NCBI GenBank assembly: GCA_965208125.1 | Contig: OZ242320.1 | Span: 5,152,001-5,216,000, forward strand | DNA from: Candidatus Latescibacterota bacterium | GTDB taxonomy: Bacteria > Latescibacterota > UBA2968 | Direction of reading: 5' to 3' | Length of the DNA: 64,000 nucleotides | Made by a program: the position numbers and the translations under genes | Shown: one piece after another, positions 1 to 9,380 of the stretch | How the letters are laid out: each line of letters opens with the position of its first letter | Position numbering within the stretch: position 1 is the first letter of the stretch | Notes under the pieces: generated by a model | The model's database searches: none | Seen by the model: only the letters and a program-made list of their open reading frames with translations | What the model was told of the DNA's origin: nothing

Positions 1-1110
1 ACGGCTATTGGCTACGCACTCATTTTGAACGTACCCAAAGGACTGAGTCAAGACGCACTGTATGCATACTTCATGATCGGTAGTCTGGGACTCTATACCT
101 GTGTCACCATTTTGCAAGTATCCTACAACAGTCTGGGCTTTGAACTGAGCCACAACTATCACGAGCGGACAAATATCTTTGCGTACCGCTCGTTTTTTCA
201 GCAAATCAGCACCATTCTCGTGAGCTATCTCTTTTATTTTTGCACGCTCGATATATTTGGCGACACCATGATGGGAGCCAAATATGTCGGCATTGGCGTT
301 GGCCTGGTTATTTTTATATTTTTGTTACCCACTGTTTTTTTCGTGCGCGAAGGCCACGCAGAACAGGCGGTCAAACAGGAAAAAATACCCGTATGGTGGG
401 CGATTAAAACAACCATGAAGACAAAACCATTTCTCATCCTGAGCAGCCTGACGGTCGTAACCATTTTTGGTGGCAATTTCACCCTGGCATTGGGACCTTA
501 TGTCAACATCTATCACGTTGCTCAGGGCGATGTAAAATTTGGAGCCGAGATACAGGGACACGCGGTTTTTATCGGGACCATCATATCCTTCGCCGCCATT
601 CCCGTATTGACCTATTTGTCCTCTCGAATCGGAAAGGTCAAAACCCTCGGTCTTGCGATCTCCTCCCTTCTACTGGGTTCTATTTTGAAGTGGTTTTGCT
701 ACACGCCAGCAATGCCCTATTTACAACTCATCGTGCAACCTTTTGTCCGCATCGGCGAGATGGGATTCTGGCTCATTATTACGTCAATGAAAGCCGATAT
801 CTGTGACTGGGACGAATGGAAAACCGGCTTTCGACGCGAAGGCATGTACGGTGCGGCAACGGGCTGGTTTCAAAAAGTGACACAGGCCACCACATTCGCA
901 CTCGGGCAGGGATATATTCTGGCAATCATCGGATTTGACGCTACAAAAGGTGTGGCGCAAGATCCGGGCGTAATGTTCTGGATGCGCTTTCTCTTTGCCG
1001 TGTTGCCCGCAATCCTGGCCATAGCGGGATTGATCCTGTTGAAATTTTATGAAATCGACGACGAAAAAGCCAAAGAGATCAAGGCAGATCTGGATAAACG
1101 AAATAAGTAA
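1..1110 (+). CDS. MFS glycoside-pentoside-hexuronide (GPH/MelB-like) sugar:cation symporter, 5'-partial
   Basis: Frame open from base 1; multiple TM helices; GPH motifs 'YNSLGFELSHNYHERT' and 'ADICDWDEWKTGFRREGMY'. Confidence 0.85.
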   Translation, partial: TAIGYALILNVPKGLSQDALYAYFMIGSLGLYTCVTILQVSYNSLGFELSHNYHERTNIFAYRSFFQQISTILVSYLFYFCTLDIFGDTMMGAKYVGIGVGLVIFIFLLPTVFFVREGHAEQAVKQEKIPVWWAIKTTMKTKPFLILSSLTVVTIFGGNFTLALGPYVNIYHVAQGDVKFGAEIQGHAVFIGTIISFAAIPVLTYLSSRIGKVKTLGLAISSLLLGSILKWFCYTPAMPYLQLIVQPFVRIGEMGFWLIITSMKADICDWDEWKTGFRREGMYGAATGWFQKVTQATTFALGQGYILAIIGFDATKGVAQDPGVMFWMRFLFAVLPAILAIAGLILLKFYEIDDEKAKEIKADLDKRNK

Positions 1111-3078
1111 GTGAAAATCATGGCAGAGCGATTCAAACAACTCTCGGAAACAACACCCGTGCGAGCGGTGACAACGCGGTCGGTAATTGCATCGATAGTG
1201 GTGATTACTACAAGCGTGCTGTGGAATGAGTGGATGCCGTACTACACGTCGGGATCGAACATCAGCCGCAGTCATTTCCCCATGGCGTTTTTCTTTCCGT
1301 TTTTGATCGCGTGTACACTCAACCTGACATTGAATCACTTGCGGGCAGGTTGGGGGCTTTCGCGGTCGGAATTGCTGGTGGTTCTGGGATCGGGCTTTGT
1401 GGGTATCGCGCTGGCTTACGACGGGTTGACGGGACACTTCTTCGGGGTTCTGGCAGCCCCCTATTATTTTGCATCTGTAGAAAATGGATGGGGTTTTATA
1501 CACAACACCATCCCCACCTGGCTCGCACCGTCGAATGCCACCGGTGAAATGACGCGGTTTTTTGAAGGCGGAGGCGGGTCCCCTCCGTGGCGCGTGTGGG
1601 CAGTACCCGTTTTCTGGTGGATGTGCTTTTTCGGCGCAATGGGCTTTGGGGTATTTTGCCTGGTCGTAATTTTGCGAAAGCAATGGGTGGATTACGAGCG
1701 TTTGGCTTATCCACTTGTCGAAGTCGCACAATCTCTGTCAGAAACAGAAAAGGGCGGCGGACTGGAAAAAACATTTCGCTCTCCCCTATTCTGGATCGCA
1801 TTTTCTCTGGTCATGCTCTTGAAATTGTGGAATATCGCGTCTTATTTTACCCCGGCATTTCCGCATATAGACATTGAACAAACACAGTGGCAACCGATTC
1901 CAGACTTTCCCTGGATGGTAAATCGCCTGAGTTTTTACGCCATTGGATTCGGATATTTTGCGCGCCTGGATGTACTCTTCAGCGTGTGGTTCTTCATTAT
2001 TTTGACCGCGTTTCAGGTGTATGTATTCAATATCTTTGGCTATCAAATCGGCGCAGCAACCCACCACTGGACAAGCGATGCTCTGGGCTGGCAGAGCATG
2101 GGCGCGTTGATCTTTTTATCTGCCTGGGGATTGTGGATGGCGCGCGCGCATTTGAAGGCCGTGATACGCAAGGCGCTATATCCCAACTGCGAAGTTGATG
2201 ATAGCGGCGAATTATTGTCCTATCGCATGGCAGTATTCGGCTTATTGGGAGCATTTGCATTTGTCTCGGCGTGGCTATATACGGCGGGCATGCCCTTGTG
2301 GGTGGTATTTTGCTTTCTCATTTTGGCGATGTTGTTATTCCTGGGCCTTGCCCGCGCCATTGCGGAATTGGGACTGGTCTATGTGTACTATCGCATTCAG
2401 CCCCACGATGCTGTGGTACAGGCATTTGGTTCGAATATGGTAGGGCTTTCCGGCGTGGTAGTGCTCGGGTTCATGCATGTGTTTAATCAGTGGCCCGATA
2501 TTGGAAAGGGATTTTTGATGCCGCCGTTCACTCAGGCGGTAAAAGCCGTGGATAAGGTCGTCAGTCCGCGGCGAATTACACCAGTGCTGTGGCTGGCACT
2601 GGCGCTGGGATTCACCATCTCAATAGTGGATACGCTGTATTTGAGTTATGAATACGGAGCCTATAATCTGGGCAATATGGGGATGAAGAAGACGGGACCT
2701 GTGGCATTTGATTTTGTGATTACAGAAATTCGGAATCCTCTGGCGCCCGGCGGCAATGGCAGGGTCATGTGGGCATTTATCGGCATGGGGCTGATGGCGA
2801 TTTTGACGACTGTTCGCTACTGGGTGCCGTGGTGGCCCCTGCACCCGATTGGCCTGGCCATGCAAGGGAACTACGGCGTGAGCAAGACGGTCTTTTCGAT
2901 TTTTATTGTCTGGTCAATCAAAGCGGTCGTCATGAAAATGGGCGGCGTGCAATTGTACGAAAGGGGAAAGCCGTTTTTTATCGGCCTGCTGGCAGCACAG
3001 GCGGTGAGCACGGGGCTGGTATTTATCATAGATTGGTTCTGGTTCCCCTTGCAAGGGCATAATGTGCATAATTTTTAG
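1111..3078 (+). CDS. Polytopic membrane protein, DUF6785/DUF6784 type (OPT-like putative transporter)
   Basis: 655 aa, highly hydrophobic; 'RKQWVDYERLAYPL' and 'WWPLHPIG' signatures recalled for this family. Confidence 0.7.
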   Translation: MKIMAERFKQLSETTPVRAVTTRSVIASIVVITTSVLWNEWMPYYTSGSNISRSHFPMAFFFPFLIACTLNLTLNHLRAGWGLSRSELLVVLGSGFVGIALAYDGLTGHFFGVLAAPYYFASVENGWGFIHNTIPTWLAPSNATGEMTRFFEGGGGSPPWRVWAVPVFWWMCFFGAMGFGVFCLVVILRKQWVDYERLAYPLVEVAQSLSETEKGGGLEKTFRSPLFWIAFSLVMLLKLWNIASYFTPAFPHIDIEQTQWQPIPDFPWMVNRLSFYAIGFGYFARLDVLFSVWFFIILTAFQVYVFNIFGYQIGAATHHWTSDALGWQSMGALIFLSAWGLWMARAHLKAVIRKALYPNCEVDDSGELLSYRMAVFGLLGAFAFVSAWLYTAGMPLWVVFCFLILAMLLFLGLARAIAELGLVYVYYRIQPHDAVVQAFGSNMVGLSGVVVLGFMHVFNQWPDIGKGFLMPPFTQAVKAVDKVVSPRRITPVLWLALALGFTISIVDTLYLSYEYGAYNLGNMGMKKTGPVAFDFVITEIRNPLAPGGNGRVMWAFIGMGLMAILTTVRYWVPWWPLHPIGLAMQGNYGVSKTVFSIFIVWSIKAVVMKMGGVQLYERGKPFFIGLLAAQAVSTGLVFIIDWFWFPLQGHNVHNF

Positions 3079-3100
3079 AGAATACAGATACGCCCTACAG

Positions 3101-5617
3101 CTACTCGTCCATCCCCGCGTCTTGCAGGGCACCCAACAAATGGGGCACGCCGAAAAACAGCAGGCTCAAGTACATAGGACTCATGCCCACTGCGCCGCGC
3201 CTTTTGGGATCGTCGCTCCAATCCTGAGATTCAGCCAGGCGGCGCAGCAGTTGCCGGCCCACCTCCAAATAGCCTCTCTCGCCTGTCAGCCTGTACGCAT
3301 AGCTCAGGTGGCGGCACAGCACCCCGCCATATCGCTGCTTCCATGCCATTTCAGGATCGAAAACGCCAGGCCCACCGCAAAACCAATCTACAGCCCGCAG
3401 ATAGCATTTGGCCACATCGGTCCGGCCTGTCAGCCGGTGCAGCAATTCGAGACCGATCATTAAATAGTGGGTCTGATAGCCCTTTTGGTCGGCGTAGGGC
3501 AGCACGAGTTTGCCCGCGGCAGAAGCCCCACCCAGAGCTTTGTGCTCAGCCGGAGTAAAAGGTGTTGCGGTGCCCATTTCTACGGCCAGAGTCGTACCTT
3601 CGGTAGCCATGCCGTAGGGCGCCTGGTCGGGCAGCCGATCGGGGGTGGAAACCTGAAAGCGCTTGTGCCAACTACCGTCGTCGTTCTGACCTCGGGCAAT
3701 AACTTGAAAAATTTCTTCGGCGCGCTGTTTGAAACGCGCTTCGCCCGTTAATTCCCACAAGTACAGCAAACCGCGCAAAGTGTTGGCAATGCTGCGCAAA
3801 CTAAAGGAAAAACGGGGATCTTCACTCCAGCGATAGCGCAGAAAAAATTCGCCAGCTTCCCCGAGCACCTCCAATGTCCGGTGGTCGCCCGTCAAATAGT
3901 AATAGTCGATCCAGTTGTCGATAAAGGTGTGCGAAGCGCAAGGCTCGTCGCCAAAGTGGTCGATGCTGTGTCGGAAACAGCCGCCGACTCGATACGGCCT
4001 GAGCGGGTGGTAGTGGCAGGTATCTACATCCATCGAGTGCCGGGTCATGGCCTCACCGAGACGGAACCAACGCCCTGCCCCGCTGCGCAAATACTGGATC
4101 CACACCCCGTGGCGCGGGTCCCACTCGCTGTTGCACCAGCCCCACCGGCCCCGGAAGCGCCAGTCGCCGGTCGATTCCTCCCAGGCCACGAGCACATCGC
4201 CCCAGTCAAAAAAACCGCGCCAGCGGTTGACTTCAATGCTGCGCGCCATCCACTCGAGAAAGCCGTCGAGCATGCGCTCGGAGTGCGGGAAGGTATCTAC
4301 CGCTCGAACCGCAAAGCCGCCTGTGACCTGGCAGCGGGCCAGCCAGCCAGGATCAACCGCGACGTGTGGCCAATCGAGCAAAGCTGTCAGCCGTTGGGGG
4401 GCGTCTTCGCTGGTATTGCGCTCGAAATAATCGATGAAAAATTCCGAGGTTTTGGCCGTGCCCAGGCCATCGCTGTACACGCCTTCTCCCTCGTGCCAGG
4501 CCACTTCCTCGGCATAGCGCCTGAAATGCAGTCGTCCGCCATCCGGATCTTTCCACAAAAATACGTCGATTCCCCCACGATCCACGCCTATGGCTTTGGG
4601 GTATTCCTCGGCCATATAGCGCAACGCCACCCCAACTCCGGCTTCCTCGCCCTCCAACACAGCCCACCCACCGGCCCGTTCGCCTTCTGCCACCCTCTCT
4701 GAGCGTCCGCCGCGCCGCCGTTCCAGGAGGAAGTGGCGATCCTGACGCTGGGCCAAAAGCAGGCCTTCGTCCTGACCCAGAACGCCTTCCATCCATCGAT
4801 TCCCACCCAGCCGGTAGCGTTGTTTTCCCCCCCATGCCACCGGGATTCGCACGGCCAGTTCCCTCAATTCGGTCTGATTTGGATCGCAGGCCACCACGAC
4901 GGTGTGCAGGACCCGCAAAAAGGCGTGGCCAGCAAAGGCGTATATCCGCGTCACAAAACGAAAGGGTTGGTAGCCGGCATAGTGGTGCATGGGCGCCTCG
5001 GATTCCAGGACACCTTCGCAGCGGATCACCGCCCGCAAAGGCCCAGATTCTTCCACCTGGACCCGGTACGCGCTTTCCCCCAGCGATGCCCGGCACATCC
5101 CGCCCATGCCGTAGATCCGCCGCTGGGTCTCCCCGAGTTCAAAAGCCTCGCAAATATCGGCCCAACTGTCGCCACCTTGCGAACTCACAGCGACTTTTTC
5201 GACAAAGCCATCTACCTCCTGCCGCCCCAATGATACCGCGTGTATCAGACTATAGCGCCGCCGACTCACGGCAAAACGCAGGGGGCCGGTACACACGACA
5301 ATGCGCTCGTCGCTCTCGCTTATTTGCAATCGATTCGCCGGAGCAGCGCGAGGGGCTTCGCCAGCATAACACAAGTGATAAACCGCCGATCCGACCACGT
5401 CGGCTTGAAAATCGACCAGGACCCACTTGATACTGCCATCGGGCCAATGGCTCAGTGGACGACTTTGCAGGGTTACAGCCCGTCCCTGAGCATCTTCCAA
5501 CCACAAATCAGTGCATTCGGCTACAGCCCCTTGTGGCAGAGGCACGCCCCGGGTTACAGGCCATGCGCGGCGTTCAATCCCGCTCTCTTCCCGGACAGTC
5601 AATGTCAGACGTTGCAT
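3101..5617 (-). CDS. Exo-rhamnogalacturonan lyase-like protein (PL26, PcRGLX/YetA family)
   Basis: N-terminal 'PVTRGVPLPQG...WPDGSIKW'; 'WRGFFDWGD', 'WCNSEWD', 'MTRHSMDVD' as in the YetA family; ATG 5617 preceded by GAGGAAG. Confidence 0.7.
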   Translation of the reverse strand: MQRLTLTVREESGIERRAWPVTRGVPLPQGAVAECTDLWLEDAQGRAVTLQSRPLSHWPDGSIKWVLVDFQADVVGSAVYHLCYAGEAPRAAPANRLQISESDERIVVCTGPLRFAVSRRRYSLIHAVSLGRQEVDGFVEKVAVSSQGGDSWADICEAFELGETQRRIYGMGGMCRASLGESAYRVQVEESGPLRAVIRCEGVLESEAPMHHYAGYQPFRFVTRIYAFAGHAFLRVLHTVVVACDPNQTELRELAVRIPVAWGGKQRYRLGGNRWMEGVLGQDEGLLLAQRQDRHFLLERRRGGRSERVAEGERAGGWAVLEGEEAGVGVALRYMAEEYPKAIGVDRGGIDVFLWKDPDGGRLHFRRYAEEVAWHEGEGVYSDGLGTAKTSEFFIDYFERNTSEDAPQRLTALLDWPHVAVDPGWLARCQVTGGFAVRAVDTFPHSERMLDGFLEWMARSIEVNRWRGFFDWGDVLVAWEESTGDWRFRGRWGWCNSEWDPRHGVWIQYLRSGAGRWFRLGEAMTRHSMDVDTCHYHPLRPYRVGGCFRHSIDHFGDEPCASHTFIDNWIDYYYLTGDHRTLEVLGEAGEFFLRYRWSEDPRFSFSLRSIANTLRGLLYLWELTGEARFKQRAEEIFQVIARGQNDDGSWHKRFQVSTPDRLPDQAPYGMATEGTTLAVEMGTATPFTPAEHKALGGASAAGKLVLPYADQKGYQTHYLMIGLELLHRLTGRTDVAKCYLRAVDWFCGGPGVFDPEMAWKQRYGGVLCRHLSYAYRLTGERGYLEVGRQLLRRLAESQDWSDDPKRRGAVGMSPMYLSLLFFGVPHLLGALQDAGMDE

Positions 5618-5735
5618 ATCTTCCTCCGCTCGTAAACACACTGGATATTTTAAAACAGCTTCTAAAAAAAGGCCAACATTTTACGTACTGCATTTGGGCA
5701 AGTTGACAATGCACAAATGCAAATCTTTCTTGTAC

Positions 5736-5764
5736 TTGACTCACAGCCCAAAAGCTGGTATTGT
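5736..5764 (+). promoter_or_regulatory. sigma70-type promoter for ctaB
   Basis: TTGACT-17 bp-TATTGT. Confidence 0.5.
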
Positions 5765-5822
5765 TATGGCTTGAAAAAATAAGTGACGCTTTTGATCAAC
5801 CTCTTTTTTTAAAATATCCTTT

Positions 5823-6704
5823 ATGAACGCCGAACTGGTACATGCGAAAACATTTGTAAATGACTTATTTGTTTTAATTAAATTTCGGATTGGACTAATG
5901 GTCGTGTTCAGCACTTCTGTGGGCTATGTGCTGGGCATGGGATATGTTCCCGATCCGATTCACATCTTCCATGTGCTATTCGCCACATTTTTGACCACTT
6001 CTGGCACGGGTGTTTTGAACCAGTTTATGGAGCGCGAGCGCGATGCGAGAATGGGACGCACGGCTGACCGACCACTGCCTGCGGGACGCATTGCGCCAGA
6101 ATTGGCCTGTTGGTTCGGGTTAATTTTAAGTGGTATGGGCATTGTCTATCTGGGCGTGCTGGTCAATGTTTTGACCGCGCTGGTAGGCTTATTAACCGTA
6201 TTGGTATATTTGCTTCTCTATACGCCCTTAAAGCCCAGAACCCCGCACAATACCGCTATTGGAGCCATCGCAGGCGCACTGCCACCAGTGGGTGGATGGA
6301 CCGCAGCTACAGGCGTTTTGAGTGGCGAGGCACTGGCACTGTTTGGCATTTTGTTTTTGTGGCAATTTCCCCATTTTTTATCCATTGCCTGGCTTTACCG
6401 CGAAGATTACGCACGAGGCGGGTTTCGCATGCTGCCCATAGAAGACCCGCAAGGCCATAGAACCGCCCATCAGGTGGTACTTTATACCCTGGTCTTGTTG
6501 TCGTGCAGCCTGATGCCAGCGCTATTGGGCATGGCTGGTGTGGCGTATTTTGGCGTTGCTGTGTTGCTCGGCCTGGGCCTTTTGTACGTCAGTTTGACCT
6601 TCGCGCAGTCGCGCACAGATGTGTTAGCACGCCGCCTGATGCGAGCAACGCTCATATATCTGCCCGTGTTGTGGACAGTGATGATGTTGGACAGAATTGC
6701 GTGA
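5823..6704 (+). CDS. ctaB: Protoheme IX farnesyltransferase (heme o synthase)
   Basis: 'NQFMERERDARMGRTADRPLPAG', 'YTPLKP', 'WQFPHF', 'YREDYARGG' UbiA/CyoE motifs. Confidence 0.93.
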   Translation: MNAELVHAKTFVNDLFVLIKFRIGLMVVFSTSVGYVLGMGYVPDPIHIFHVLFATFLTTSGTGVLNQFMERERDARMGRTADRPLPAGRIAPELACWFGLILSGMGIVYLGVLVNVLTALVGLLTVLVYLLLYTPLKPRTPHNTAIGAIAGALPPVGGWTAATGVLSGEALALFGILFLWQFPHFLSIAWLYREDYARGGFRMLPIEDPQGHRTAHQVVLYTLVLLSCSLMPALLGMAGVAYFGVAVLLGLGLLYVSLTFAQSRTDVLARRLMRATLIYLPVLWTVMMLDRIA

Positions 6705-6735
6705 GACAAGTAGATATCCGATTCAGAAGATACAG

Positions 6736-6766
6736 AAGGTGATAGGTCAGCCTATCACCTTTCTTT
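6736..6766 (+). terminator. Intrinsic terminator-like hairpin between ctaB and the ABC ATPase
   Basis: Perfect 11-bp stem AAGGTGATAGG-tcag-CCTATCACCTT followed by TCTTT. Confidence 0.55.
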
Positions 6767-6786
6767 GTATGTGCAGGAGCGGTCAA

Positions 6787-7710
6787 GTGCAAGCAGCAAT
6801 ATATGTCGAAAATGTAAGCCACAAATTTGGCGAGCGCGTTGCCTTAGACGGCATCACATTACAGATAATGCCCGGGGAAATATACGGCCTTTTAGGCCCA
6901 AATGGCGGTGGAAAAACCACCTTATTTCGCATGTTGTGTACGATGCTGTCCCCTGATCAGGGCAGGATCCGCCTGCTGGGCAAAAACGCCACTGCCAGTG
7001 CTGTGCGCGCACATATAGGGGTGGTTTTTCAGCATCCAAGCTTAGACACGCGTTTAACCGTATTGGAAAATCTACGCCATCAAGGCCATCTCTACGGTTT
7101 GAAAGGCCGCCCGCTCTCCCAACGCATCGAAGAAGTACTGGACATGATGACCCTCACAGATCGCGCAACAGATCGAGTCGAAGTACTATCTGGCGGATTA
7201 CGGCGGCGCGTTGAACTGTGCAAAAGTTTGTTGCACCACCCCGAAGTATTGATTTTTGATGAACCCTGCACCGGGCTTGATCCCGGCGCACGACGAAGGT
7301 TTTGGGACGATCTGGATACTTTGCGCTGTACCTATGGCACGACACTCGTGCTGACAACCCATTTTATGGAAGAGGCTGAGCGCTGTGATCGCATCGGCAT
7401 TTTAGATCGTGGACGGCTAATTGCCGCAGGCTCGCCCGAGGAATTAAAGCGTACAGTAGGACGCGAGGTGATCACCCTTGAGACACGTGATCCCAAAGGC
7501 TTGCAATTGCAAATCAAAAAAATTGTACGCCGCGATGTCCAGATAATTGACGGACAGGTGCGTATTGCCTGCGATGAAGGACAGCAGTTGTTGGCGCAGC
7601 TGTATCCTCTTCTGCGAGAGAAAATTCAGGCTATGACCTTGAGTGTACCCACACTTGAGGATGTTTTTGTACAGAGAACAGGACACGGATTTCAAGTGGA
7701 GGATCTGTAG
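6787..7710 (+). CDS. ABC transporter ATP-binding protein (DrrA-like, ABC-2 exporter)
   Basis: Walker A GPNGGGKT, LSGG signature, Walker B IFDEP, H-loop; GTG start at 6787 after AGGAG. Confidence 0.9.
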   Translation: MQAAIYVENVSHKFGERVALDGITLQIMPGEIYGLLGPNGGGKTTLFRMLCTMLSPDQGRIRLLGKNATASAVRAHIGVVFQHPSLDTRLTVLENLRHQGHLYGLKGRPLSQRIEEVLDMMTLTDRATDRVEVLSGGLRRRVELCKSLLHHPEVLIFDEPCTGLDPGARRRFWDDLDTLRCTYGTTLVLTTHFMEEAERCDRIGILDRGRLIAAGSPEELKRTVGREVITLETRDPKGLQLQIKKIVRRDVQIIDGQVRIACDEGQQLLAQLYPLLREKIQAMTLSVPTLEDVFVQRTGHGFQVEDL

Positions 7711-8480
7711 TGCGAATGGCTTTCTGGTTGCCTGTCGTGTCGCTGTGGCGGCGCGAGTTGGTGCGCTTTGCCCGAGATCGCAATCGACTATTCGGTGCAA
7801 TAGGCCAGCCTCTCGTGTTCTGGTTGCTATTGGGCGCTGGTTTTGAAAAGTCTTTCGCGCCCCATGGGATTTCCAGTGGATATCTGGAATATATTTATCC
7901 GGGAATATTGTTGCTGATTCTATTATTTACAGCGATCTTTTCGACCATTTCGGTAATTGAAGACCGGCGCGAAGGATTTATACAATCGGTGCTGGTCGCA
8001 CCTGTATCGCGGACCGGATTGGTGCTGGGAAAAGTTTTGGGCGGTGGAACCCTGGCATTTTTAGAAAGCCTGATATTTCTGACATTTCTGGTATTTCTGG
8101 ATATTCCCATCAGCATCGTATCTTTAGGCATGACCCTCGTTTTTTTAGCTGTGCTGGGCATTGCCCTCACAGCTTTGGGCTTTGCGATAGCCTGGCAGGC
8201 TTCATCCACTGCGGGATTTCACGCAGTAATGAATTTGCTTTTATTTCCGATGTGGGTACTATCCGGCGCGTTTTTTCCCGCAGAAGGCGCGTCGCGCTGG
8301 CTGGCATATCTGATGGCGATAAATCCATTAACTTATGGTATGGATGGTTTGCGCCAATCTCTTTATCTAACAACATCCGGTGCTAATACCCATTTGTGGT
8401 TTTGTGTTATAATAAGTGTGACATTTGCTACCCTGACCCTCAGCGCAGCCATATGGCAGGTATATCGAAAAGAGAAATAA
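7710..8480 (+). CDS. ABC-2 type transporter permease
   Basis: About 6 TM helices; 'EDRREGF', 'LSGAFFP', 'NPLTYG'; coupled to the ATPase. Confidence 0.9.
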   Translation: MRMAFWLPVVSLWRRELVRFARDRNRLFGAIGQPLVFWLLLGAGFEKSFAPHGISSGYLEYIYPGILLLILLFTAIFSTISVIEDRREGFIQSVLVAPVSRTGLVLGKVLGGGTLAFLESLIFLTFLVFLDIPISIVSLGMTLVFLAVLGIALTALGFAIAWQASSTAGFHAVMNLLLFPMWVLSGAFFPAEGASRWLAYLMAINPLTYGMDGLRQSLYLTTSGANTHLWFCVIISVTFATLTLSAAIWQVYRKEK

Positions 8481-8579
8481 GTTACGGGCTGGGAGCCTTC
8501 ACAAATTTCTGGAACAGATACCCTATTTATTTGTTGGATATTGTATTGACAGAATGAATCCTCTGCGTATGGTCTTGTC

Positions 8580-9314
8580 ATGCAGAAACTAACGCATCTA
8601 TTATTTTTTACCTGTGTCTGTATGTCCTGCCTTGGTGGCTGTAGCTTGCTCGACCGTCAGCAAAGTCCCAAAATACTGGATTTGCGTACAGACCGGGGGC
8701 CTGATCCATCGGTAGGGCGCGGGCAGGAAGTACAAATTACCATCGTGACGGATGATCCGGACAATGATGAGTTGGATTTTCGCTGGATTGCGACCGGGGG
8801 CGAATTTACGGCCAGCCGTGCTGACACACTGATTGATCTGTTTCAAGATTCAGTGACAGTTGTATGGAGAGCACCTATCGAACCCGGCGTTTATGAGTTG
8901 TTTTTAGAATTGGGTGACGGCCAATCTGAGACACTGGTGACCTCAGGAGTGCGTATTGCCGTAACACAAGCCCCCCCTATTGCTATTGTCGGTCCAGACC
9001 GGGAATTGGATTTTCACGACGCGCTGCGCGTGGTCTTAGATGGCACTGGTAGTTCGGACCCAGACCAGGACGCGCTAATGTATTTTTGGAAGCAGATTGC
9101 TGGACCGCGCGTGGGATTGCAAAATAGCAGTGGGCCATCGCCTGAGTTTCCGGTGCCTGCACCAGCAGATTACATTTTTGAACTGCGCGTGGCGGACTTG
9201 GTACAAGGAGTGGGCGATACGAGCAATGTGGCAGTTACGCGGGTTCGCGTAACAGACCGCGGTGGGCGCGTGATCGAAACAGGCCTGGCCCGGTTATTGG
9301 ACCGAGGAAAATAA
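8580..9314 (+). CDS. Lipoprotein with Ig-like/PKD domains
   Basis: Signal peptide with lipobox LGGC; 'LDGTGSSDPDQDALMYFWKQIAGP' PKD-like motif. Confidence 0.7.
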   Translation: MQKLTHLLFFTCVCMSCLGGCSLLDRQQSPKILDLRTDRGPDPSVGRGQEVQITIVTDDPDNDELDFRWIATGGEFTASRADTLIDLFQDSVTVVWRAPIEPGVYELFLELGDGQSETLVTSGVRIAVTQAPPIAIVGPDRELDFHDALRVVLDGTGSSDPDQDALMYFWKQIAGPRVGLQNSSGPSPEFPVPAPADYIFELRVADLVQGVGDTSNVAVTRVRVTDRGGRVIETGLARLLDRGK

Positions 9315-9348
9315 AAGAAAACGCGAGCCTCTATCTACATTAAAGATT

Positions 9349-9378
9349 AAAGAGCAGGTAATAACCTGCTCTTTTTTT
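9349..9378. terminator. Bidirectional intrinsic terminator
   Basis: AAAGAGCAGGT-aata-ACCTGCTCTTT plus T tract between convergent genes. Confidence 0.8.
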
Positions 9379-9380
9379 GT

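Noticed and set aside
3062-5706. Long alternative-frame ORFs within the lyase (3881-4702, 4353-5096, 4834-5430)
   Set aside because: Expected from stop-codon scarcity in GC-rich DNA; no recognisable domains
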